Below are positions 24,264 to 35,070 of a DNA stretch of 51,153 bases, piece by piece. Source of the DNA: Octopus sinensis (lineage: Eukaryota); NCBI RefSeq assembly GCF_006345805.1, contig NW_021834176.1:1-51153 (forward strand), written 5' to 3'. The notes beneath the pieces were generated by a model. It saw nothing but the letters and a program-made list of their open reading frames with translations. It did not search any database and was not told where the DNA came from. The translations under genes and the position numbers were made by a program. How positions within the stretch are numbered: position 1 is the stretch's first letter; each line of letters begins with the position of its first letter.

Positions 24264-24656
24264 GAGGGCATTATTACATATAAGGTCTCACGCTAAGAGG
24301 GACATAAGTCATTTCTACCAAAAATTTTACTAATCATACCCAATGCAGTTTTTCAAAGCAAGACATTTAAAAAATGAATTTAGTCTTATATCACCTGTGA
24401 TTTCGCACTCACCGCAGAAGAATTTGCGTCCATTCTCATCAGTAAGACTGATTCTGAACATATCATAAATAAATGACCAGTACCGTCGAAGTCGAACAGC
24501 CAACTGCTCTTTCTAACGAAGCACATGGAAAAATTTACAAATCATATATCCGATGTCTTGCTTTGAAAAACTGCATTGGGTATGATTAGTAAAATTTTTG
24601 GCAGAAATGACTTATGTCTCTCTTAGCGTGAGACATTTATATGTAATAATGCCCTC
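24264..24656. mobile_element. 393-bp MITE with about 103-bp TIRs, inserted in TA
   Basis: Left TIR 24264-24366 (GAGGGCATTATTACATATAAGGTCTCACGCTAAGAG...AAAGCAAGACAT) versus right TIR 24553-24656, about 4 differences; TATA flanks. Confidence 0.9.
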
Positions 24657-25369
24657 TATATAATATAAATTAATATGTTCAATAAGAAAGAATTATTTTC
24701 GAAATTTTTCTCTTATGAGGTTTTTCACGCTACTACCTGATAATCTTGTTAAGATTCCTTATTAAGAAGTTATCTTAATTGTTAAATATATATTATATAT
24801 ATACTATATATATAGATAATATATATATATATATTATTATATATATATATATATATATATACATATATATACATATACATATATATATATATATATATAT
24901 ACTATATATATATATATATATAAATGTGCGTGTGTGTGTATGTGCATGTGCGTGTGTGTATGTGGATGTGTCTAAGTGTGTCTGTGTTTCAGATTATTGC
25001 CGTATCTTTAGGTTTTTTAGTTTGCCTTTGTTGTAGTGCACATTCGCTTGTTTTCTCCCAAAATATTTAATACTCTTATCTTAGATATTGGGGCCAGCTA
25101 AATTTGAACAGTCTCAAGTGTAACCGGCCGAAACTGTGGTGATGTTCTGGAAACTTGGTTGAGGAGAGAAGGCCATGAATAAACTCTCCTTGTTTTGACC
25201 TGACCGTCTTTTTGCTGTATTTCCTGTCCGTCTTTATATCGACTATCTGTCCGGATGCTTTTTTTTGTCATCTGTTGCGTTCTTGTTCCAGTTTGGAGAT
25301 TTATATATACAATGCGGCGTCGCGTTAAGTACACTTTTGCTCACCTTGTAAGTATATATTATATATATA

Positions 25370-25421
<52 letters not shown>

Positions 25422-25422
25422 T

Positions 25423-25953
25423 ATGTATGTATCATTATTTCTAATTCTCTCTAAAGGAGACTACGGCAGCGGAACATGAAATTAATAGTTATCGCCACGT
25501 CGCGCATGGGCAGTCCAGAAAAATAGGATGAATGCTGCCGTTGATTAGCTCAAGAGGCCATCGCCTCTAGCTAACTATGTAACACACACACCGTGGTCCA
25601 TTATAACCTTCGAACAGGGGATATCATATATATTATATATATATATATATTATATATAATAGATATATATATATATTATATATGTATATATATATTTATA
25701 TTATATATATATATATAATATATATATATATATAGATATATATATATATATATTATATGTATGTATCATTATTTCTAATTCTCTCTAAAGGAGGGACTAC
25801 GCAGCGGAAATGAATATTAATAGTTATCGCCACGCTAGACATTGGCAGTCCAGAAAAATAGGATGAATGCTGCCGTTGATTAGCTCAAGAGGCCATCGCC
25901 TCTAGCTAACTATGTAACACACCACACCTGTGTCCATTATAACCTTCGGACAG

Positions 25954-25956
<3 letters not shown>
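25423..25956. repeat. Tandem duplication of an about 200-bp unit separated by (TA)n
   Basis: Copies at 25423-25620 and 25757-25956 share GGCAGTCCAGAAAAATAGGATGAATGCTGCCGTTGATTAGCTCAAGAGGCCATCGCCTCTAGCTAACTATG. Confidence 0.9.
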
Positions 25957-26017
<61 letters not shown>

Positions 26018-26136
26018 GACAGGATATAAGAGAAACGAGGTGAGAGAATATGTGTATTACATTCGTTTCATAATCTTATTATATATATATAACAGATATG
26101 ACATCATTTGCAATATATAGTACATATATTTTAATG

Positions 26137-26310
26137 TACGAGGGTCAGCAGAAAAGTTCATAGGTTGACCGAGACACTTTCAAGGAATGTGACCAAATGA
26201 GCCTAATTTTGCTAAAATAAACTCCCGTGCGATCCACACACTTCCTTCGTGTTTCGATCCCATTGATGAAATTTTTCGTCCTGGTGGTCAAAAACGTTTT
26301 AAATATATAC
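26137..26310 (-). mobile_element. mariner-type transposon 3' end (TIR + transposase C-terminal remnant)
   Basis: TA-CGAGGGTCAGCAGAAAAGTTCATAGGTTGAC is TIR-like. The minus-strand peptide FLTTRTKNFINGIETRRKCVDRTGVYFSK resembles the mariner C-terminus (F..GI..L..RW.KCV...G.Y.EK). Confidence 0.7.
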
Positions 26311-26567
26311 CAACAGTATATATAGAGAATACCAAACTCATTCCCAATGGATACCGTATTTACTACAACTCGTGGCTTGTAAACGTATCTAACTCGCTTT
26401 CGCTCGTTAGATACCTTTACAAGCCACTCGTTGTAATAAATACGGTATCCATAGGGAATGAGTTTGGTATTTGATTTATTACACACGAATAAACGACCAT
26501 ATTTTATTAACCCAATAACTAAATTCTTCACGTTTAGTTGTAACTTATGAATGACAAAAGTAGTGCC

Positions 26568-26671
26568 GTCACCGTCACCTCAGGTCATCACCATGGATTG
26601 ACCAATCAGAAGCAGCGCTGTCACCGTGACCTCGGGTCATCACCATGGATTGACCAATCAGAAGCAGCGCT
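26568..26671. repeat. 52-bp tandem duplication, each unit with GACCAATCAG
   Basis: Units 26568-26619 and 26620-26671 differ at 2 positions. Confidence 0.9.
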
Positions 26672-27159
26672 CGCAGTATCTGACATATGTTAGATACCAA
26701 AAATATCTCAAAGTGTTCTCACTCACATGTGTGTAATAAACATATATATTTATACCAACAGCATATACATAACAGTCTAATCAACCGAAAGATTCAAGGT
26801 AGTTCAAAATATCAAAACAACCAGGGGCGTATATTCCATGGAAAATGGTAAATTCATTAAAAATGTTAACCTTTCACATTAATTTATTCAAAAATCTTAA
26901 TGAATGTCTTTTATTATACTCCTGCTTGAAATTTAGTGGCATTGGGTGTTACAGCACACACAATGCAACAACCACAACACACCACTGAAAACAACTATAT
27001 GTACATATATATATATATATATATATAAGTATTATTATATATAAAAGAATTAAACTAAAAATTTGGTTTTGTATCTTATTCATATATAAAATACTACAAT
27101 TAGCCGTCATTTTTTACGTCACGGGACCAGCGTGTATGATAATAATAAATAGCTCTATC

Positions 27160-27368
27160 AAGGCGACGTGTTTGCAGAATCGTTACCACGGCGAGCAAAA
27201 TGCTTAGCGGCATTTCGTCCGTCCTTACAAAGTTTTGAGTTCCAATCCCACCGAGGTCGACTTTGCCCTTCATCTTGTCACGTTTGATGAAATGAAACGC
27301 ATTCAATGTAATCAACTATCATACGCGGTCGAAATCGCTGGCCTTGGGCCAAAATTTGAAACCAATAT
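27160..27368 (+). mobile_element. SINE family B (degenerate)
   Basis: AAGGCGACGTGTTTGCAGAATCGTTA...GAGGTCGACTTTGCCCTTCATC. Confidence 0.8.
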
Positions 27369-27451
27369 ATAGCTGCTCTATTGTAAGTACGCTCCTCATT
27401 CCTTCTTGTTTACCTTCATTATTTTCCACACTCACATACATGTATATAGTA

Positions 27452-27482
<31 letters not shown>

Positions 27483-28150
27483 TCGTATAATATTCATCAT
27501 ATCTGTGTACATATGCGTATATGCATTCATATATAACACAGTATACTTACTCAGGTGAAGCTGATTGTTCACTCCACCTCAACACCGAGTTTCCGCTCCC
27601 GTATGTGCATTTATGTGTGCGCAAACGCTTAACCACTAATAGTACAGAATTTGCCCAGCGCACGTATTGGCAACATACACAGTAGCATATTTGTCTCCAC
27701 TTCATGTTTATAATTTATTTCATTAGAAATATTATATAAAAAAGGAATTACTGTTTCGCTGCATCATAAAATGCTTAGTTACCGCATAACAACAAAATTA
27801 ATATAACATAATAAAATGCTATATCGCCAGAGCAACTCACTCTATCTCTCTATCTAAGAAATTTAGCTCTATATTCCTCTCTTTTCTTATGTTAGGGACT
27901 TCTCCATAATCTTCGCCTGTGTAAGCTACATTATTCTGGTCTCTAGAGGAATACTAATAAATAATATTAATTTATTTCGTTCATATTACGAAGTTGAAAG
28001 GTTTACACATTTTATTTTTCTTTTGGCATTTATCGGAAAGAAATTAAAATAGTTATAGTAGTCTGGTGAGAGACAGAAAAATTATAAGATTTAATAAGGG
28101 AGTCTGTGCGCGCTCAGTGGTGGGTGTCATAAGTTTGGTGTGTGTGTGTG

Positions 28151-28198
<48 letters not shown>

Positions 28199-28549
28199 GT
28201 GTGTGTGTCTGTGATTATTTGTGTATGTATGTGTGTCAAGAATGAAGAAATATATTGTTTACTTTTATAGTATCTGAAACTGCGTAACTAAGTTTCTGAT
28301 TTTCAAATGAGTAATTTTAATATTGTATTCAAACCTAAGAGAATGCTTACTGAATATCGATAGCCGAAATAGTTGTCTGATTGAGCAGATCTAAGCTTGA
28401 GGGTGAAAAGGCAAAAATGAAGATATTCTCTACAGACAGCTCCCGAATATCACACTTTATAACCTTGCATCAAAAGAAATGAAAATGTTATATCCAAAAA
28501 TAAAAATTCTCAGAAAATATGAACTGGGTTAGGGCTGGGAGATAACAGT

Positions 28550-29050
28550 TCACTCAAAGTAGCCGCCCTCTGTTATCTACACGGCCCCGAGTCGGCTCCG
28601 AAACCTGGCCCTTTTGTTCATTTTCATGTCGTCGAAAACATCTTCGAACGCCTTCATCTTGGCCACCAGCTCGGCCTTGGTGTTGCAGGCAGAGTGTTTG
28701 GTATCATTCTCAACTGCGCCCCATACTTAGTAATCGATAAGATTACAATTGGAGAAATTCGAAGGCCAGAAATTGAGGCTGATGAAGTCATAGAAATTCT
28801 TCGATAACCACTTCTGACTCTTTTCAGAGATATGGCAAGGAGATGAATCTTGCCGCCCCATATATGACCTTCCAGCAGACATCCTCTCCAGGCAGGGATT
28901 GACCACAGTGTCTAGCAGCTTCACACAGCTGCTCGACACTATGACTAAGTCCCTGTTCATAGATGTGGTGTTGTTATCTGAAATGAAAACACACCCTAAG
29001 ACTATCAAATTCGGGGGGAACTTAGATTTCATGATACGTGGAGCATCATC
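28550..29050 (-). pseudogene. Tc1/mariner DD37D (maT-like) transposase remnant
   Basis: MKSKFPPNLIVLGCV...RQDSSPCH...WPSNFSNCNLIDY*VWGAVE...RFRSRLGAV...EGGYFE*. There are 37 residues between the second and third catalytic Asp positions, and in-frame stops are present. Confidence 0.88.
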
Positions 29051-30132
29051 TTAATATCTTTACAGTGTTTATAGAGAATTGAGCAAGCAGGTCGTGATGT
29101 CGGCATTTTGATACCTGGTGCGAATCATTATCATACAGGTAACTCTTTTCTATTATTCTGATGGCTTCCAATCCTCCATATCAGCTAACTTTTCTTCAGT
29201 TACAATTTCGATCTTTCTTTCTCCGACGCTGTTCAAATTAAGCTGTCCCAGTAAAGAGATGAGATATAAGCATCGTCACATTTAGCCTGAACAGACCGTA
29301 GTATGCCAGTATCTTAACTTTCGAAACAGTTTTAAAGAAGTAAAACTTGAATTGAAGGGGATTTGGTTGATCTTTCTAGCATATCCAAACGACCGTATAG
29401 AGGCCTCTTCTTTTCCTTTCATATACAGAAGCTTTTGTAGGAAGATTTTACAAACATCCATATTCTTATTTGATTAGTACCTGGAGAAGGATCCATATAT
29501 CACGTTAAAAAGACAATCAGCAGATAAAATAAACAGATATATCTACTCTAATTCGCTAATTCATTTATTTAACAATCTTAATCTAATTTAGTTATTGTAT
29601 ATTTTATCTCACCTCTATTTAGTTGAGAATGACTTTAAAATCTAATTACATATTTCTTTCAAATTATTCTCCAGAAGCATATGAAAGTAAGTTCATCTGT
29701 TTTTAAACTTACGGTAGTTCTTGTTTTTGTTTTTAATTGTTTAAATATATTTTCGTTAAAATTAATATACGAAATTTTCTAAATGCGAAATTTTCTATAT
29801 TTGAAAATATTTCTAGACATTTTTTCTAAAGGGAAAAAAAATGTAATTTTAGAATTTTTGATAATAAAAATATTATATGTCACATAGCTGAAATTTTTTT
29901 TTTTTAAACCAAGTATGGTTTCTTCTAAAATTAGATTTATAGAAATGGTATGTGCCCTCTGTAGCAATTTTCTCTGAATATTCACTTTCTGTTTTTTTTT
30001 ACAAATATATTTACAGTAAAAAGAAATGTGAAATATAGGTGCGGTGGCCGCGGGAAGAAGGCGTTGATATTGAATTCTAATGGAGATTACCTGAGAAGAT
30101 TCGAATCCGAACAACAACGACTCTGTTTCTAG

Positions 30133-30259
30133 GCGCAGACAAGACTGTGTGGTTACGATAGTCTCTCTACAACAACGTGCGGAATTTTTGATTGCGATTA
30201 CACCACGCAGGACCTTCAGCAAGAGTCTTTAAGCATGATCGTGGGTCTTCCCACGCATG
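30133..30259 (+). CDS. Candidate 127-nt internal coding exon of an unidentified gene (AQTRLCGYDSLSTTTCGIFDCDYTTQDLQQESLSMIVGLPTH)
   Basis: Acceptor CTCTGTTTCTAG and donor CATG|GTAAGC. Only the phase-0 frame is open. Unique, GC-richer sequence. No family recognised. Confidence 0.4.
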
Positions 30260-30304
30260 GTAAGCGAATTAGGTTGAGTAAAACTATACAGAAACGTTAG
30301 CATG

Positions 30305-30700
30305 CAGGCAGAATCGTTAGCAAGCAGGGCGAAATTCTTAGCGGTATTTCATCTGCCACTACGTTCTCAGTTCAAATTCCGCCGAGGTCGACTTTGCCTT
30401 TCACCCTTTTGGGGTCGATTAAATAAGTACCAGTTACGCACTGAAGTCGATATAATCGACTTAATCCGTTTGTCTGCCCTTCTTTGTCCCCTCTGTGTTT
30501 AGACCCTTGTAGGTAGTAAAGAAATAGGTATTTCGTCTGCCGTTACGTTCTGAGTTCAATTTCCGACGAGGTCGCCTTTGCCTTTCATTCTTTCGGGGTC
30601 GATAAATTAAGTACCAGTTACGCACTGAGGTCGATATAATCGACTTAATCCCGTTGTCCCCTCTGTATTTAGCCCCTTGTGGGCAATACAGAAATAAGAA
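30305..30700 (+). mobile_element. SINE family B, head-to-tail dimer
   Basis: A full unit is followed by a 5'-truncated unit beginning GGTATTTCGTCTGCCGTTACG at about 30526. Confidence 0.9.
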
Positions 30701-30944
30701 TCTTGTATATATATAAATGTGTGAGTGTGTATATGTTCGTATGTATGTGTGTGCGATTGCGTGTGTGTGGATGTGTCTGTGCGTACGCGCGTGCGTGTGT
30801 GCGTGTGTGCGTGCGTGTCTGTGCGTATGTGTGTGTGTGTGCGCGCACCACCTATGTGCCTGTGCTTATGCGTGTGCGTGTCTGTGCCTGTGTTTGTATG
30901 CGTGAGTGTGCGCATGTGTATGTGTATGTGCGTGTGTGCGCGTG

Positions 30945-31040
30945 TGTGAAGGCGCGTGGATTACAGGATTTGGCTCATGGTCGCGTGAGCGATTGCCGGC
31001 GTCGCGTTGTAACCTTGAGCAAGACACTTTATTTTATGTC
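30945..31040 (+). mobile_element. SINE family C head fragment
   Basis: GTGAAGGCGCGTGG...CCTTGAGCAAGACACTTTATTTT. Confidence 0.7.
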
Positions 31041-31149
31041 GCTTTGTTAAATCTGCTAGCAAAACTCTTTTTTCATGCTGAATCTCCCAAGTTAAAGATG
31101 CGCGTGGCTGTGGAGTGCTTAACTACTTTCACGTTAAAATTGATTTAAA

Positions 31150-31360
31150 ATTTTGGCACAAAGCCAGTTACTTCGTGGAAGGGAATGAGTCGCTTACATC
31201 GGCCCCCAGTGTTTAACTGGTACTTATCGACGCAGAAAGGATGAAAGGTAAAGTCAACCTTGACGGAATTTGAACACAGTTCGTAAAGAGAGACGCATTG
31301 GCGCTAAGATTTGTTTGGACGGACTGCTAACGATTCGGCCAGCTCACTCGCGGCCTTTAC
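31150..31360 (-). mobile_element. SINE family B (degenerate)
   Basis: AACTGGTACTTATCGACGCAGAAAGGATGAAAGGTAAAGTCAACC...GCTAACGATTCGGCCAGCTC. Confidence 0.8.
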
Positions 31361-31444
31361 TTGCACGTCAATATTACGAGCAGGCTGTTCCGTTGATCGA
31401 ATCATCTGGAACACTCATCGTTATAACCGACGGAGGGTCAGACT

Positions 31445-31481
<37 letters not shown>

Positions 31482-31559
31482 CTGTGTGCGTGTGCATACG
31501 TGTGTGTTTGTGTGTGTGTATGTGTGTATGCGTGAGGGGGTATGTGTGTGTGTGTGTGC

Positions 31560-31750
31560 CTCTGAAAAAGGTGACAACCGGTGTTGGATCGTTTACGTCG
31601 CGAAACTTCAGTGGTTAGGCGAAAAGACCTATAGAATGAGGAGTAGTCAGTTTAAAATGTAAATATCGGAGTCGATTTCTTCAACTACATCTTTCAATGC
31701 GGCGCCCCAGCATGGCCGCAATCCAATGAGTGCAGCGAGTAAAGAGAAAG
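31560..31750 (+). mobile_element. SINE family A-like tail (old)
   Basis: GACAACCGGTGTTGG...GCGCCCCAGCATGGCCGCAATCCAATGAG. Confidence 0.65.
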
Positions 31751-31814
31751 ACTTCTCTGCTACCTAATCCTTCGTTGCTTTATACATACATGCATACATA
31801 CACACACACATACT

Positions 31815-32220
31815 AATCTCTATATTGCCCACAGGGGGCTAAATATATAGGGAACAAACAAGGACAAACAAAGGGATTAAGCCGATTATATCGACCCCAG
31901 TGCGTAACTGGTACTTATTTAATCGACCCCGAATGGATGAAAGGCAAAGTCGGCCTTGGAGGAATTTGAACTCAGAACGTAACGGCAGACGAAATACCTG
32001 TTTCTTTACTACCTACAAGGGGCTAAACACAGAGGGGACAAACAAGGACAGACAAATGGATTATGTCGATTACATTGACCCCAGTGCGTAACTGGTACTT
32101 AATTTATCGACTCCGAAAGGATGAATGGCAAAGTCGACCTCGGCTGAATTTGAGCCCAGAACATAAGGACAGAGGAAATTCTGCTAAGCATTTCGCCCAG
32201 GTTTCTAACGTTTCTACCAG
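31815..32220 (-). mobile_element. SINE family B, head-to-tail dimer (inverted relative to 30305-30700)
   Basis: Two units. The junction reads AAAGAAACA|GGTATTTCGTCTGCCGTTACG on the minus strand. Confidence 0.9.
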
Positions 32221-32355
32221 GTTTCTACACACACACACATACGTACATACATACAAATATAGATACACACACATGCATACATACATACATACTACATACA
32301 TACATCCATACATACATACAATACATACATACATACATATATACATACATACATG

Positions 32356-32402
<47 letters not shown>

Positions 32403-32446
32403 AACAAGTCAAAAATAGAAATGCTAAGATGATTTTATAGTGATCT

Positions 32447-32489
32447 TTCAGTACCGTTTTGGGTCATTTTGAGACCTTTTCAACTGTAA
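32447..32489 (-). ncRNA. Decayed minimal type I hammerhead, U3-A8 variant, near the PLE-2 3' end
   Basis: TTACAG-TTGAAAA-GGTC(TCAAAAT)GACC-CAAAA-CG-GTA-CTGAA. Stem II is 4 bp, stem I is 5 of 6 bp, and the triplet is GUA. GAAAC has decayed to CAAAA. Confidence 0.55.
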
Positions 32490-32839
32490 CGATTAAATAA
32501 TTAAATTCAGAAAAATTAGAAGAAAAGTTTTTTTAAAAGAATATTTCTGTAGTAGTGTTCAGTATATAAGTAGCATTCTGCCTTTCTCTGACTCCCTTGT
32601 TTGCACTTGTGTGGTTCGAGGTCGTTTTGAGTTCTTGGTAGGATAGGTGAAGAATAATGAGGCTGATGTGGAGAGGGGTGGGGAAATCTGGAATGCCTTA
32701 ATGGTCGTATTTTGAATGGTCAGTGTGACAGTGGCTGACAGTAGTCGCAGTTCAATTCAGGAATTGTTTATGGAATTTGCGTAGGCGTTATACTGAAAGA
32801 CATTAGTGACAAGGTTAAGGGGTGGAAGGTGGAAAGTAG

Positions 32840-33010
32840 AAGAAGAAGAAGATGACGATGTTGATGATGATGATGATGAAGAAGAAGAAGAAGAAGAAGA
32901 AGAAGAAGAATAAGAAGAAGAAGAAGAAGAGGAGAGATGGTGGTGATGATGATGACGACGATGATGATGATAATGATGATGATGAAGAAGAAAGGAAGAA
33001 GAGAAGAAAA
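32840..33010. repeat. (GAA)n/(GAT)n microsatellite
   Basis: Direct reading of the sequence. Confidence 0.95.
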
Positions 33011-34319
33011 AAAAAAACAGAGAAGGGAGAATATGAATGGGTGTAAGTATAGCTTTGATGGGGCTGATTAGTAATGGATTCTATGGAGTGTAATATTGTG
33101 TGTGTATATATTTCTTTTATTCTAAAGTTGAGGTATATTAATTGTTTGTCGTAGACCCCTTTAAGAAGTGGCTTGTATTTTGTAATAAAGAGATTTTCTT
33201 TACTTATTCGTTGTCTCGAGGTTGTATCGTCCCTAAATTGGTAGAGGGGGAAAATTCTGAAGTTTGGTGTTTTTTTTGTTGGCGCAAGTATCTATGTGTT
33301 GGCTAAAAGCTATTTTCCTGTTTTGGGGAATTTTTATCTGGGATCTGTGCAGGCCATTCGTTTACGCAAACCATTTTTTGTTTGGCCTATGTACTGCTCT
33401 TGACACCCGGAGCAGGTTATGAGTATATTAGGTTCTCCGAAGCACATGTGAAGTTGCTTTTCACTGTAACCGTTGTCCCTGTTTGAAGGAGAACTCTGAT
33501 CCCTCAATTAGATAGTCGCATATCCCGCATTGGGTCTTCCACATTTTTTTTACTGTCGGCTTCTGTGTTGAAGAGTGAATTCGGGCTTGTGTAAGGAGAC
33601 TTTTCATGGATCTAGGCTGTCTTTTGCTTTTTATGATCGTGTGTGTTTGGAGGATTGTGTTCATCTGTGGTCTTTTTTTAGGAGGGTATGTTGTGGAGGA
33701 TGGTATCGAAGGCTTCGTTATTGAGAGGTTGTGTGTGGAGATGTATGGTAAGGCTTTTGGTTGTAATTTTTTCTTTGATTTGGGATGTCTCAGTTCCTTG
33801 ATGTTAAGTTGAAGGGCACGTTGAATGCACTTGTCAATAAGTGAAGGTGGATAGTTCCTGGTGATAAGGGTATCTTTAGTTCTTGTTCTTGAGTCGTGTG
33901 TCTCTGGTGTTTGCGTTAGAGACTATAGTGCATATCCTTTTTGCTAGATTGAAGGGGATATTCATCCTGGTGTGTCTGGGGTGGCATGAATTGAATGGAA
34001 GATATTGCTTAGAGTCTGTAGGCTTATAGTATTGTCTGGTTTCTATTATATTATTAGCTTTCTTATGAGGATATCGAGGAAGGGAGTTGTTGTTGGCTAT
34101 ATTCCATCGTGAATTGGATGTTTACGTCCAGTCCGTTTAAAATTTTCTGGAATTCTATGAGTTTTTCTATATTTTTATGCCAAAGGATGAAACAGTCATC
34201 TAGATATCTCTTCCAGTTGTTTGCTATGTAGATGGAGAAAGGGCTGCCATATCTTTCTAGAACCTTACGATACAGACTGATCTCTAGGTATCCTATATAT
34301 ATATATATATATATATATA

Positions 34320-34608
34320 ACGATAAACGTCGCCCTTCTCAAGCCTCATGGGCCCGGCTACCCGATTTCTGTGTTGTATGTCCCCCCCCCCAGCTGGACG
34401 GGACGCCAGTCCATCGCAGCGTTACTCAAGAAACAGGAAGAGAGAGTGAGAGATAGTTGTGGCGAAAGAGTACAACAGGGGTCCGCCCCCCCCCCTGCCA
34501 GAGGCTCGTGGAGCTTTTAGGTATTTTCGCTCAATAAACACAACGCCCGGTCTGAGAATCCAAACCGCTAGTCTGCTGCCCTAACCACTGAGCCATTGCG
34601 CCTCCACA
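34320..34608 (-). mobile_element. tRNA-derived SINE, family D, near full length
   Basis: Minus head GGAGGCGCAATGGCTCAGTGGTTAGGGCAG...GGATTCTCAGACC, followed by GCTGCGATGGACTGGCGTCCCGTCCAGCTGG. Confidence 0.85.
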
Positions 34609-34679
34609 ATATATCGTGTGTACCGTTGGCGATTTTTTTTTCCTCTGTCTTCCCTTCTCTGGATCTTTCCCTTTCCTAT

Positions 34680-34714
34680 GTTTCCGACGAAGAGCTCCGC
34701 TCGAAACGTTAAAC
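34680..34714 (+). ncRNA. Minimal type I hammerhead with a U4C lesion, in an about 200-bp PLE-UTR-like fragment (34615-34815)
   Basis: GTTT-CCGACGA-A-GAGC(TCC)GCTC-GAAAC-GTT-AAAC. Stems I and II are perfect, stem III is the palindrome AACGTT, and there is an extra A after A9. Confidence 0.7.
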
Positions 34715-34811
34715 CCTCCTCCTTCCCTTCTTTCCTGAGCGTCCAGTAATACTATATTTGTTCCACGTCCTAGCGTCGTTGTGTTTTTTTTGTGTTTTCT
34801 GGTTTGGATTC

Positions 34812-34814
<3 letters not shown>

Positions 34815-34855
<41 letters not shown>

Positions 34856-34900
34856 CTATATATATATATCTATATATTATATATATATTATATATATATG

Positions 34901-34940
<40 letters not shown>

Positions 34941-34947
34941 GTATGTA

Positions 34948-35004
<57 letters not shown>

Positions 35005-35070
35005 TATTTATAATATATTTATATATATATATATATATATATATGATTTATATAATATATATATATATTC
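34815..35070. repeat. (TA)n field
   Basis: Direct reading of the sequence. Confidence 0.95.

Larger units (their letters stand above)
32400..34293 (-). mobile_element. Penelope-like retroelement remnant PLE-2 (RT motifs 5-7, thumb, linker, GIY-YIG, long 3' UTR)
   Basis: GYLEISLY...NWKRYLDDCFILW (YLDD at 34206..34195), QFTMEYSQQQLPF, YKPTDSKQYLPFNSCHPRH, linker CGIC, and GIY-YIG NLIYxITCSGCQEQYIGQT, with multiple frameshifts. (TA)n lies at both ends. Assigning 32400-33040 to the UTR is inferred. Confidence 0.9.

Noticed and set aside
27545-27690. Minus-strand GTAAGT donor at about 27550 with an upstream open frame
   Set aside because: No convincing acceptor or recognisable peptide; an isolated donor motif is expected by chance in 51 kb.
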